62,764 nt of DNA, taken from positions 35,675,575 to 35,738,338 of the forward strand of contig JARDVH010000031.1 of NCBI GenBank assembly GCA_030324005.1, in the 5' to 3' direction. The notes beneath the pieces were generated by a model. It saw only the letters and a list, made by a program, of their open reading frames with translations, did no database searches and was not told the origin of the DNA. The stretch is from Negaprion brevirostris. Lineage: Eukaryota. This document shows positions 13,081 through 25,809 of the stretch, piece after piece (the first letter of the stretch is position 1; the number at the start of each line of letters is the position of its first letter). The position numbers and the translations under genes were made by a program.

Positions 13081-13392
13081 AGTGGTTAGCACTGCTGCCT
13101 CACAGTGCCAGGGATCCGGGTTCAATTCCAGCCTTGGGTGACTATGTGGAGTTTGCATGCTCTCCCTGTGTCTGCATGGGTTTCCTCCAGGTAATCTGTT
13201 TTCTCCCACAGTCCAAAGATGTGCAGGTTAGGTGGATTAGCCATGCTAAATTACCTTTTGTTGTCCCAAGATATGCAAATGTGCGGGATAATGAGGACAG
13301 GCTGGGGGAGAGGACCTGAGTAAGATACTCTGTCAGAGTGTCAATGCAGACTTGATTGGCTGAATGGCCTCCTTCTGCACTATAAGGATTCA
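13081..13392 (+). mobile_element. HE1-type SINE; first 12 nt displaced to 12787-12798
   Basis: AGTGGTTAGCACTGCTGCCTCACAG, B-box GGTTCAATTCC, V core, CR1-type tail. Confidence 0.9.
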
Positions 13393-14580
13393 ATAATAAA
13401 TCCTGTGGATTAAAATCTCATCTCAGTTGTGGTAACCGTGTTGCAATAATCTATGTTTCACTCATGCCCTTCAGGGTGTCAAGTTTACTGTCTTTACCTG
13501 ATATGGCTTTGGTGTGACTCTAGATCCTCAGCAATGGGGTTGGCCTTTAACTATGGATGGGCAATAAATTTTGGCCTTTCTAGTGACGATCACATCTCAA
13601 GAATAGATGAAACAAAACTGATTGCATTCTGTTACTGTATGTCAACACACTATACTGACTTTGTTGTTCAGTAAGATTTTATTGTGTCAAAGGAGAAGTT
13701 TTATAGCCACATGCATAGTATGCGAATGTATTCCAAAGCTTAGCTGACGTTATGTATATAGTGTGCACCATAGCACTGAAGCATGATTATATCAGCTGAC
13801 TTAACATAAAAACTGAAGGGCCTGATGTAAACTTTGTTTGAATTAAAATCTCTCAGTATTTAAATTTCTGTGTTCATAAAAGTCACAACAGAGTTCATCA
13901 GGTTTTTAGCAACAACTCAAGACATAAAGCATGGATATTCTATGACAGCTTTGGATAGTAAAATAGTTTAAACTTATATTGTAAAATTTAGATTTCTATT
14001 TGCATAATGCTTTTGAAATGTGAAGTTAAACATTTTGACGATAAACAGAACATAAGGATAACTCTTTTCTGAAAATTATAAACATGTAATTATCTTGTCT
14101 GCATAAAACAAAATATGTATCTTTTTGTTGAAGTTGTGTTGTGTAAGTATTATGATGTAACATCCTGGCTATACTGTTCTACTTAATGGGAATACACATT
14201 GGACATTGTAATCTCATCATGGCCTGTCCAAAGCAATACTATCTAAAACTTACTTAAATTTCATGAAGAGGCATTGGTTTGTCTGGAAGTACTGTACAAA
14301 ACACTGTAACACATAGCCACAAATTAGGTGAAGTGAAATTATGCTTAACCATAAAGAACAAAGAAAATTACAGCACAGGACAGGCCCTTCGGCCCTCTAA
14401 GCCTGCACCAACCATACCAACTTAACTAAAACTCCCTATGCTGAATAAACTGGTTAGAAGGATATTCTGGATTCTAAGCAGAAAGGCATAGAGTACGAAA
14501 ACAAAGAAGTCATGGTGAATCTTTATGTTTTGATCTTAACTGGAATATTGGGCTAGATTGAACAGCTTCCAGTGGGATAA

Positions 14581-14880
14581 TTTGATTTGATTTGATTTGT
14601 TGTCACGTGTACTGGTATACAGTGAAAAAGATTGTTTCTTGTGCGCTATATAGACAATACACACCCTTCATGAAGTATATAAGGGAGAAGGAAAAGGGCA
14701 GTATGCGGAATATAGTGCTGCAACTACAGGGAGGGTGAAGAGAAAGATCAGTTTAGTATGTAACAGGACTGTTCAAAGGTCTGATGACAGCAGGGAAGAA
14801 GCTGTTCTTGAGTCTGTTGACGCATATTTTCAGACTTTTCTATCTTTTCCCCGATGGAAGAAGGTGGAAGGGAGTATAAG
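14581..14880 (-). mobile_element. Rex1/Babar-type LINE 3' end
   Basis: (TTTGA)n tail and 3' UTR matching 6380-6636. Confidence 0.8.
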
Positions 14881-15854
14881 GGAGGTGGAAAGAGAAAATT
14901 GAGCATTGGATGGCAAATTAGCATCAATCTGGTGGAATGGCAGCTAATTTGAACTGGGAAATGGAATTCCACCTCCAATCAGGAAGTTCAGAAGCAAGAT
15001 AATAATGCCATAAAACGGATGTCAGTCACCAATTGCAGTCCTCTTGCCCTCTCAGTCTTTTGTTATTCGTTTAAGCAGCATTAAAAAAAATGATGAATAA
15101 ATAAAGTGGAATAACATCCAGGTGCTGCCATTTCCACCAGCAGACTCTACTGCCACATGCAGCAACGGTTCCATCTGTAGACCTTTTTATTCACAGTGGT
15201 GCCACCTCCTCATGCCTGACATAAATCAGTTCTAAGTCTCTTCCTGTCCGACTGCTGAAAAACGGAGTGGGCAACAAAAAAAAAATTCAGTTGAGTCTTT
15301 AATCTTTTTTTGTTGTTGTTGTTAATTGTTTTTTGTTTCAAGATGGAAGATGAACTTCTGATGTTGGCATCTGCTCATCTTCTGTATTATCAGAGACTGG
15401 CGTAATGAGATTGGATTGCTTACCAGGCACTGTATTTTACATAAGAATGAAGGACTGCTGGGGAGTGCCAACAGAAGAAATATATAAGATCAGACTAGAT
15501 TACAAATGTGACTGCTCCACTTGACTCCCTGGCTCCAACTCAGAGTCCCTCCTTGATCTGTGGTCCATGCCCTCATGCCCATTGGCTCAGCTTCCCATCG
15601 GGACACTTGGTAGGGTCCCTGTGATCATGTGTGGTCCTTGGGAAATACTCCCTTTTCCCCTCCCCCCCAACCCATCTAAAAGTGCCATATTACTACACTG
15701 GGGTGCTCTTAGCAAAGAGAAGGTTGAGAGGAATTTTCTTTGTTGTTTGTAATTTTCTTTGTTCTTTGTTCAGTTGGGCAGCATGGTCAGTGCAGGCTTG
15801 GAAGGTGGAAGGGCCTGTTCATGTGCTATAATTTTCTTTGTTCTTTTTCTTGGT

Positions 15855-16180
15855 TCTCAGGAGATTTGATAGAGGTGTTCAAAATAATAGCAGGTAGTAA
15901 ATAGATGTTTCCATTCATGGAAGGGTTGAGAATGAACAATGGCATCAGGATTTTTTTTTGCATCAAGTGGTTAGGATCTGCAATACACTGTTTTCAAGTA
16001 CGGTAGAGGCAGATTCAATCATAGCCTTCAAAATGTAATTGGACACACAATTGAAGAGAGCAGAAATTGCAGGTCTGTGGTTAAAGATTGGAGTGAGACT
16101 AGATGAATTGCTCTTGTAGCAAGCAGGCACAGAAAAAACAGATTGATTGTATGGCATAACCATTCTATAATTCTATGTAT
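15855..16180 (+). mobile_element. old CR1 3' fragment
   Basis: GGAGATTTGATAGAGGTGTTCAAAATAAT..GGTAGAGGCAGATTCAATCATAGCCTTCAAA..CATTCTAT tail. Confidence 0.7.
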
Positions 16181-16764
16181 ATTGTAAAATAGAATGAAAA
16201 GTGATGAGATGAATTGGATGGGAGGAAGGCTCATTATTATCTATAATAAGTTATAGTACTAAACATCATTAAATTGTTAAAAACATTGTTCTTAGTAACA
16301 AACTAGTATGTCAAAGTGACTCAGGCAAGATAGTTGGACTATTNNNNNNNNNNNNNNNNNNNNNNNNNNNNNNNNNNNGTTAGACAACACTTATAATCCA
16401 TCCTTAATTGCTGGAGTGTATTAAGGTTCTAAGACATATGTGTGGCATTTCCTTAGAAATTCTCCCAACATTTAGCTATAACAATAGTGGAAACCATGGG
16501 GATGTGGTTTAAATAGTTAAAAACACTAATATACTTCATTGCTCCAGGATATTTATCAAAGAATGGGAAATGAGGAGGCTTCCGGAAGATTCTGCAGCGG
16601 CATAGGACTGAAATCAGACATAGATTAAATCAGCTTGGGATGGCAAGTTTCTTCATTGTCTGACAGGATAACCAAATGTTAACCAACTCTTTTCTTGGTA
16701 ACTCCAATAATCTTTAAAAACTACTTACAACAATATTACATGCTTTATTCATTCTTCATGTCCT

Positions 16765-17125
16765 TTTTTTTAATGTGTGGGATATAAACATTGCTGGCTG
16801 GCGAGCATTTATTGTCCATCCCTAGGGTTCCTTAAAAAGAAGGTGGTGAGCTTCCTTCTTGGAATGCTGCAGTCGACATGCTATGGCTTGACTCACAATA
16901 TCATTAGGGAGGGAATTCCATGATTTCGACCCAGAGATTGGGAAGGACCAGCGGTATAGTTCCAAGTCATGATGGTGAGTGGCTTGGAGGGGAACTTGCA
17001 AGTGGTGGTGTTCCCATGTTTCTGCTACCCTTGTCCTTCCAGATGGAAGTGGTCATGGGTTTGGAAGGTGCTGCCTCAAGATCTTTGGTGAATTTCTGCA
17101 GTGCATATTGTAGTTGGTCCACACT
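16765..17125 (-). mobile_element. L2/CR1-group LINE 3' end
   Basis: Colinear with 10931-11300. Confidence 0.8.
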
Positions 17126-17294
17126 GAGTGTATGAATGTGCAAAGTTTCTCTACTTTATTCTAGGATTTATTTTGCTTGCCATCTGAGTTTGAAGATGTA
17201 GACAGCTGCTGCAAAATATTTTGATTCCCTTGTGATGGACACTATTATCGACTGAAACTATTATTTGCTCCTTCCATCCTTATGCTATAACGTT

Positions 17295-17465
17295 TCAAAC
17301 TTCTGTGAGGAGTTCATGGTCGGCTGTCTCTGTGGTGCTGCCTTGTGGAAAAGCAGCCTTGTTCTCAAGCACACCAACTGCTCCACTGACAATGAGAATG
17401 GGATCCTGGTTATCAGTGAACAATGGAAGAACAGACTTCAATAAAGCAGAAAGATCTGTAAATTC
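17295..17465 (-). other. candidate terminal coding exon (EFTDLS...ELLTEV*)
   Basis: Acceptor TGTGTTGTTTCTCTCAG|G followed by 56 open codons; no recognised homology. Confidence 0.2.
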
Positions 17466-18180
17466 CTGAGAGAAACAACACAATGCCCTCAAGGTCCACT
17501 GAGAGCTTTATTCAGGACCATCATTCATCCATCAATTTTGAACAGGGATTGACCAAATGCATCTGCTATCTTCTAAATTTGAGCATCATAATGAGCAGAA
17601 CATAAAACTAATATGTATAAATTTGCTATCTTACAGCAAAAAAAGTAAAAATTAGATATAACGGGTTGAATTTGGCCTTAACAGCAATGCAAAATGACAG
17701 ATTGTGAATTAGGAACTTCTTAAGTACCTTTGACTTCAATGAAAAACTCCAAGTGGGCTGCAAAAACAGTATTTATTCCCTCATACCTGTTCTGCCCTTC
17801 CGTTCAAAGCCAATTTCATCCCAAATCTCCTTGCTAAAGAGAGGGCATCTTTATTTCCTGCAGTTGTTGCTAAATCCCAATGCTGACTCTTTATACGCAT
17901 GAGCTTTAAATCTCAAAAATGATCTCAAAAGAAATGTTTTGACAAAGGGAATGAATATCTTCCATTTTAACATCATGCTACTCTGCAGGCAAAGAGGAGA
18001 ACAAGTAGTATGTGTTTATGTATATTTGATTCTGGAGCTCAGAGACCTGCTTGGGATTGTTTCTTTGGGTCACTAACCACCACTAGGCAGGGCAAAAAGC
18101 TATCTGCTGATACTAGGGACCTGAAGAAATTTTCCACTGTTTGGCATGTTTGAGGAACCAGTCACGAGCTTAGTTCCTAT

Positions 18181-18928
18181 GGGTGGGATTCTCCTAAAAA
18201 AATTTGAAGTTGAATTCACATAAAAACTGGAGTAAATACTGCTGTTTTTTTCCAGTGGGATTTTCAAAATGAATACAGATTAGGGACCCAATTCACCCAA
18301 AAAAAACTCAAAGTACTGGATTGGTGGGAAAAATGGTGTAATTCATGATTGGTTTTTCAGTGGGAATTCAGACATAAATCTCCCCACACTGTGTACAATG
18401 CAGAGTTCACAACTGTGAATAGCATTAAAAACTTGGTGCGGGGCGGTCGGGGGTTGGGCGGGGGGGGTGCCTAGTCACATCAGAGTCTGACAGTTCCGGG
18501 CCTCTGTGCCAACCCCAGACCCTGCACAGTTGCCCCTCACAACACCCCCATGGCCCGAAAGTGGCCCACACAAGCATTCCCCGACTAACCCTGACNNNNN
18601 NNNNNNNNNNNNNNNNNNNNNNNNNNNNNNNNNNNNNNNNNNNNNNNNNNNNNNNNNNNNNNNNNNNNNNNNNNNNNNNNNNNNNNNNNNNNNNNATTCT
18701 GTACTAAAATGCTGCAAAAGATCTACACTTCAATGTAATATGGACTTAATTGTCAACTTACTCTTCAACACCGTTAGGCATGGGTGAGCTGAAGTACCAG
18801 AATTTAATTCACTCTGACGCAAAACTGATTTTGGACTTTCTACCAAATTATCCCCCCTCACCAGCACCACCCACCACCCCCACTCGTCTGACATTGAACC
18901 TGATGGCAGGATATGGGAGAATTCCACC
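18181..18928. mobile_element. non-autonomous DNA element (Harbinger-like MITE) with duplicated left end
   Basis: Starts GGGTGGGATTCTCC, ends GGAGAATTCCACCC; ~100 bp left terminus repeated at 18181 and 18283; contains an N gap. Confidence 0.6.
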
Positions 18929-20494
18929 CGCCGTCATCAAACCTCATGACAGCATGTAAATGAAGTCATTAGCATAATTATTCAATGCTCCATGAATCAA
19001 TTGGAACCTGTGCAGGGTGTTTGCAGGGTTTGGAGGTCTCAAGTGTAATGATACAGTGCCCAAAACAGCTTTACTTCAATTATGATCATATGAATGTCAT
19101 TTTGAGAACTTTTTACCTTCACTCACACACTTACTTGCCACAGCTTCAATTGTAAGGACACTTAAGCCCATTAATGTAGCTTTTGTCAACATTTACTTGC
19201 ATACTTCACACCAATTGACTATTTTGGGAGGCTGGATGTTAGTTGCATTGCAATTTTATACGCTCTTCAAACTTTCAGCAATTCAACCAATTTTCTTCTG
19301 CTTGAAGGAAAGAAAAATGACTTAATAGGAGTATGAGGGAACAATAAGCACTAGTGCCTCCAGTCTCAAACAGCTAACTTGAAGAAATAATCATGCAGAA
19401 TGTGGTTCCATGCAAGTGAATTGGAAGATGTCACACAGGAGGCGTGTCATCTAAAAGTAACTATTACCATCGTGACTGCTTATTTGTCCTCCTTTATTCA
19501 TGCATTGAAGCACTCTGAATGGAGCTTTTAGTTTTGGGAGAGTGTGAAGTATACGTCCCAGATTATGTTCCTTCCTAATGACATCAGTAGTGAGGAATAT
19601 TGGCCAGGGTGTATAACGGCAGATGATTCACTAACACCCATTTTACATTCTTGCTGAAGTTTTAATTTCTGGCACCTGTCTTTCACACATTTGGCATGTA
19701 TCATAGCAAAATAGCATGCTATGTGTTGTCACAGCAAACTTGTTAGAAGGAAAATCTGACTTACGTTTTTATAAATATTTCAGAGGAGTTGCCAGACATA
19801 ACCTCTGAGCATGTTCACCTTTCACCTCACCGCACCCTATCTTTCATTTCGTCTATCACAAGCACCTATCACAAGTTCATCCACTCCAGGAGGCTGATCT
19901 ATTTCGATTGAAGAGGGGAGATTTGGCTAATCCGTGAATGAGAACAAGGAAGCAGAGGTGAAGTTGTGAAACTCTAAGCTTCTGATAAAATGTCATCCTT
20001 AGTTGCTAAGGTGCAAGATTGGAGATGTTCAGGACCTAAATACAGAAATGTGCTGATTTCTGAGAACCATTGATTCCTGGAGTCATTTGAGAGCATGTGA
20101 CATACCCTGCATGGCATAATGGCTGTGGTGGGGGAGTCCACAGAGTACCACCGTTTGATGACTTCCTTTCACAGAACTCCAGAACACCCTGGAGAATATG
20201 GTACCAAAGACTTCTTAGTGCAAGTTGTCAATAAAGTGATGGTTTATCCTGGAATGGTAATGGTCACTATCTTGATAGCACCTTACACCAGGACTTAACA
20301 GCCTCATTTTGACTCTGCAGTTTGCTCCCAAGCACATCACAGGACTCGCTGTGAAAATGTACTGTGGTATGGCTGAGGTATAAATTGGAACAGGTGAGAG
20401 AGCTATGTCTCAGTGTGATACAATATTGTGCCATCCTACTGCCCACCTCATTTGAGGGTGGGTCTGAGCAGTCATTCCGGCACTGAATGTGACA

Positions 20495-20875
20495 TAAAGT
20501 TAGTTCAGAATTAGCACATTCAACTCAGAGCCAGAAGACTATAGATTCAAGGCCCACTGTGGATGTGAGCACATTGTCTACATTAATACTTGGAACACTA
20601 CTGACGGGCTGCTGGATTGCTGAGGGCTCTACCTTTCAGTTGAGACATTTAACAAGGAGATTGGCTGCAAAGTGTTCCGATGTCTTATCCAAAAATGAGT
20701 TGGGATTCTCCCCGGTGTCAATATTAATCTCTTATGCAGAAAACATACTGAACAAAGCCGTTTTGTTTACCTACAAAACAACATGACATTTCAATCTATT
20801 AACTGCCTCTGAAGTATTTTGGGATATTTCCAAAATGATAAAAGATGCTATAATAAGTGCAAGTTCTTTGTTTCT
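20495..20875 (+). mobile_element. Deu-SINE (SacSINE1/AmnSINE-like), old
   Basis: CTACCTTTCAGTTGAGACATTTAAC core and ATGCTATAATAAGTGCAAGTTCTTT tail. Confidence 0.55.
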
Positions 20876-21616
20876 CCAGGGCCATCTCATGGCCCAACAC
20901 AAGAAAGTAACAAATCACCTCCAACAACTACCTGTTGACATCTTGCAGCTAGCTGTTCACTAACTTTGTCCCCCGAGGCATTCCTAAAACATGGATTAAG
21001 TCACTCATTCCTGAAGAGGAAGCACAGTGAAAAAAGAGATGCTAAAAATACATAGATAAAACAGTTTTATGCAACCAAATTGCTTGATTAGAATTCTAGT
21101 TTAACCAAAACATTTATTTGTATCAGGATAGATTTATGTTGCCCCAGATGAATGGAAGCATATGTATAACAAATGGTATCAACTAGAGGATAGTGATATG
21201 CATTGTGTTTAAGAAGGCAGTTCATTATGCATATGTGATCAGGACTATTTTGATAGAATTTTACCAGTTCTCTGGCTACAGGCTGGAAAATGGGAGGGCT
21301 GGTAAAATGGAATCAGATGAATTACAAAGGAGACCTCACATTTTCCACTGCTACAGCATATTCCTAGAAGTGAGAATAGCACAGATAATGGCCATTTTCT
21401 GCCTTATCTGACAATTTACCAGATGTGCCCTTTGCCATTTGGGAGATCACCAGGTACATTTAATAGGCCTGCCAGCAGGGATGCAAGAGGGGTAACTCCT
21501 TAATGGCCGCTGTATGGTCCACACAGTGACTTGTGATGGCAATGACCACTCCTGCTTATCTTGCCGATCAATTGGGTCTGGCTGTCTGATTGTAGCAGAT
21601 TAAAACAAATTCTTAC

Positions 21617-21803
21617 CTGCCCTTCAAGTGTGCCTCAACATGAAGGATAGGTCCTGAATTAGATGCTGCCCAAGCAGCAGCTTTTTTGCCCCTGTGATCC
21701 TGCTGTCTTTCCACACTGGCTTGAGTCTCGCTTTTGGTCCAAGTGGTGGGATTACCGACCTTCTGGTAAAATCCCCTTATGAGTGGTGTGACCATACAAC
21801 AGT
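21617..21803 (-). other. candidate internal exon (187 nt)
   Basis: Acceptor CTGTACTTTTCAG, donor CAG|GTAAGA; one fully open frame (CCMVTPLIRG...EAHLKG). Confidence 0.3.
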
Positions 21804-22789
21804 CTGAAAAGTACAGTGCAGTGCAATAAACAGGGGTTAAAAAATATTAGAAGGAACATTTCTCGTGCATGCAGGCTTGTTATAAAATTTAATGAAAGCG
21901 TGTTCATTGGATTTGGCCATAGAATTTTCTTTGGCAGCACTGCCAACAGTACAACCTAACACATCCTCAGCTCCCTCCTTTTGTTCCCTAGTTGCATAAG
22001 GGCAAGACATAAGGCACACCGCCATGAAAAACAAACAGCCTTACAAAGGGGAGTGCTTAAAAGCATTTATAAGTTCTCTGAAATTTTATGTGGTGAATGT
22101 CCAAAGATGGGAAAAAAACATTTTCATGGTTTACCAGCTACAGCTTCTGCGACCATTAGTTTGTCACTTAGAACAATGCCTGGAAATTTCCTATCAGTTC
22201 CTGGAAATGGTGCATGCCCCTTCACTTTCAAATTTACAACTTAATGAGACTCTCAGTCACCAGTCAGCGGAGAAGGAGCTTTTGATATTCTTAAACAATA
22301 GCACCAACGGTAGTTGGGTTGCTTGATGTCATGATGCTTTGATTAAGGAGTAGCCACTTGTCATTCAAACTTATGGGTTGTTAGCAAATTTACATTTAAT
22401 TATACAAAACAACACTGCTTTTTAGAGAGATTCCACTATAGTAGTATGTATTTCCATTAAAGTTGCCTCTATTGAGGATGGATGTTAGTGGTCTATAGAT
22501 TTGTAATGGATTGGTCTTTAACAAGCAAATACAGTTGAAAAACAACATGGAATAAAACGTTTTGTTTCCATAAAGTAATTTGTGAGTTAAACAGCACAGG
22601 CTGGCATGCATGTCAAATTGGGTCATTATAGTACTATTATAACCACATGTGAAAACAAAACTTTGGTCTGAGAAAGAATGTGACTGCTTAAGATTTATGG
22701 AAAATGGAGTGAGATTTTCTTAAAATACTTTGTTAATGTAGTTCACTGTGATAACAGAGTTTATATGCACTCTGTGAATATCAAACTAT

Positions 22790-23110
22790 TTCCCTTAATA
22801 GCTCTGTGGTTTAATACAGACTACGGAGCTATGCACTCCAGGAAGATCTCTGGTTTGATCCCTGATTATATGTCCCATTAACAGATCTCAATCAAGCTAA
22901 CAGATGAAGCATAACAATGGGTCCATGTGTGCTTGGGTTAAGAGGAAAATCAGCTAACATTCCTGCATTGTGCTCATGATCACTATCCAGTCATCTCTGT
23001 TAAAAAGTATTCGTATGTATGGGCATCTGATGAGGACGTGTTTGACTCCGATGCCTCTCAGTTGCCCAGTATCTTGATGTCACATGCAAAATGGCTGCAT
23101 CAGCAAGGTT
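22790..23110 (+). mobile_element. old tRNA-derived SINE
   Basis: A-box-like TAGCTCTGTGG, B-box-like GGTTTGATCCC, then TGATCACTATCCAGT body. Confidence 0.45.
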
Positions 23111-23771
23111 GAGCAGTTGAGTAACTACTAGTCAAAGCAGTTGAGTAGTTGGCATCAGGGGAGAAAAGGAAATAAAAGAAATAAACTTACAATAATATGT
23201 TAAAATACAGCCGTTAATAGCATTTTGCCTTCTGATGGAATTTATTACAGCACACAGTTGCACTTTTACACCGTGTAAACCAGAAGCCCATTTTTAAGTT
23301 TGCATTATCAATCATCGGAAACTTGGAAAGGGTTTTACAAATATTTGTAACATATTGAGGAGAACTGTGACTGTGAAAAGGCTGAACTACCTCTTCTCAT
23401 CCTCATGACCCGTCTACAATTTTTAACACAATTGAGCACACCATTCTCCTGTAATGCCTCTCCGCTGTCATCCAACTGGGTGGGACTGCTTTCAACTGGT
23501 TCTACCCTTACCTATCTAATTGCAGCCAGATAATTTACAATGGATTCTCTTCCTGCTGCTACAGCACTACCTCTGGTGTCGTCCAAGGATCTATCATTTC
23601 TGACCTTCATTTCTACCTGAAATGATGTCGATCTTTTGGTCCTGATAAAGTCAATGGCCATTTGCATTGCTTGCTGGCCATTCCACTGGGGAACCCAACC
23701 ATGGGAGGTCATCTTCGGCACAGCTGGAAGATCCTGCTGGTGGGAAGGCAAGAAAGTCCCAACTCCCTGAA

Positions 23772-24946
23772 TTTGATTGATTTGATTTGATTTATTATTG
23801 TCACATGTATTAGTATACAGTGAAAAGTATTGTTTCTTNNNNNNNNNNNNNNNNNNNNNNNNNNNNNNNNNNNNNNNNNNNNNNNNNNNNNNNNNNNNNN
23901 NNNNNNNNNNNNNNNNNNNNNNNNNNNNNNNNNNNNNNNNNNNNNNNNNNNNNNNNNNNNNNNNNNNNNNNNNNNNNNNNNNNNNNNNNNNAACATCTTG
24001 TGAGGCACCTTGTCAAACGCCTTCTGAAAATCAAGAAACAAACGCTATCTGAAAATCAAGAAACATGGCTGCTTATGTTGGCTGCTTTTCCGAGGAAGTG
24101 GGAAGTGTAGACAGAGTCAGTGCATGGGAGGCTGGTTTGCATGATGATCTGGACTTCATTCACGACCCTTTGTAGTTTTTTGTGGACTTGGACAGAGCAG
24201 GAGCTATACCAAGCTATGATACATCCAGAAAGAATGATTTCTATGGTGCATCTGTAAAAGTTGATGAGAGTCATAGAGGACATGGCCAAATTGCCTTAGC
24301 CTCATGAGAAAGTAGAGGCGTTGGTGGGCTTTTTTAACTGTAGCGTCGCATGGAGGAACCAGGACAAGTTGTTGGTGATCTGGACATCTAGAAACTTGAA
24401 GCTGTCAACCATTTCCACTTTGTTCCCGTTGAGGTAGACAGAGTAATATCCTCCACTGTGCTTCCTGGAGTTGATGACTATCTCCTTTGTTTCATTGATA
24501 TTGAGGGAGAGATTATTGTCACCGCACCAGTTCACTAGACTCTCAGTCTCCTTCCTGTGCTCTTGTTTGAGATTTGACCCACTATGGGAGTGTCATCAGA
24601 AAACTTGAAAATTGAGTTGGAATGGAATTTGGCCACACAGCAATTGGTATATAAGGAGTGTCGTAAGGGGCTGAGATCCTTGTGGGGCGCCATTGTTAGG
24701 GATGATCATGGAGGAGGTGTTGTTGCCTATCCTTACTGATTGTGGTCTTTGGGTTAGGAAGTCTAGGATCCAGTCGCAGAGGGAGGAGCCTGGGCCCAGG
24801 CCACAGAGTTTGGAAGTGAGTTTTGTAGGAATAATGGTGTTGAAGGTTGAGCTATAACAATGACTAAGAGTCTGAAATAGGTGTCTTTGTTATCTAGGTA
24901 TTACAGGGTTGTGTGTAAGGCTGGGGAGATGGCATCTGCTGTGGCA
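23772..24946 (-). mobile_element. Rex1/Babar-type LINE fragment containing a CR1-RT piece and a gap near its 3' end
   Basis: NWCGDNNLSLNINETKEIVI, FKFLDVQITNNLSW, FYRCTIEIILSGCIIAWY; FLDFQKAFDKVPHK at ~23995-24040; (TTGAT)n tail. Confidence 0.85.
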
Positions 24947-25069
24947 ATAAATGAACTGCAGTTGGTCTGGGCAACCTGGGACAGGTTCTCTGCCTAATTA
25001 AGGGAGGATGACACACTCTCAAAGCTGGAGGGCCAATCAGGGGTCTTTCAGATTGAGAGGGTGGCATTC

Positions 25070-25435
25070 TGGCAGCCACAGTTATTATTACACAGGGACA
25101 GAAAGAACATATACACACAATGTATCTGTTTCAGGTAACAAAATAAGTGATAGCCATTTGTTGGTTCAGTCTTCAAATCAATGCCTTCACCAATCGGAGT
25201 AAAGCTGTCTGGTTTACCTTTTCAGTGTTTGACAGTTAACTGTTAGTCACCATTCACTAGTGCATTCTCTATGGTAACATCTCAGCAAACCACAATCCAC
25301 TTGACAACCTATCAGCACTATCTGCTCAAACAGTATAAAGTTGTTGTTTTCCCTGCCATTGGTATTCTTGGAATTGCACTGATGAGTGCAAGATGAAAAT
25401 CTTTGACAAAATGTCTTTATTCAGTAATACTCACA
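25070..25435 (+). mobile_element. Penelope-like element 3' end (family B)
   Basis: QKEHIHT ORF end; 3' region homologous to 57340-57520 (minus); carries a hammerhead motif. Confidence 0.7.
25374..25409 (+). ncRNA. minimal hammerhead motif
   Basis: TTGCA-CTGATGA-GTGCAAGAT-GAAA-ATCTT-TGACAA. Confidence 0.55.
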
Positions 25436-25809
25436 TTGTGTACTACCAAGTGACTATTTGTTTGTAGTTGTTTTCATTTCAGAGCTGTGGGGCTCACTAG
25501 TGCCAGCACAAGTGCTGTATCTAATCTTGTCAGCTATGGTTACTTTCTATTATTTTTCAAGGAGCTACCTGCTGTAATTGGCAAAACAGTAACAGTTCCT
25601 GACATGGTTGCTGCTCGCCTTTGCTGCTGACAGTAGACAGGTAGCTCCCTCCTCCTGCTAGTGTTTGGCACCTCTAGTTAAACGCTGTTAAATCATTTGA
25701 ATGCAAAAATTGCAACACAGGAGTGACATAATTGAAACACAGGGTCAGGATCCAGGATTCAGCCAGTTGTCACATTCCTAAACCACCTGAAAAATCCATC
25801 ACAAGGAGC

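Larger units (their letters stand above)
12695..13617 (+). mobile_element. second tRNA-SINE family, split by two nested SINEs
   Basis: 5' part 12695-12786 and 3' part 13393-13617 match 54772-55055; its tail matches the LINE tail at 10931-11000. Confidence 0.65.

Noticed and set aside
23027-23060. CTGATGA hammerhead-like core
   Set aside because: No following stem II plus GAAA, and it lies within an old SINE
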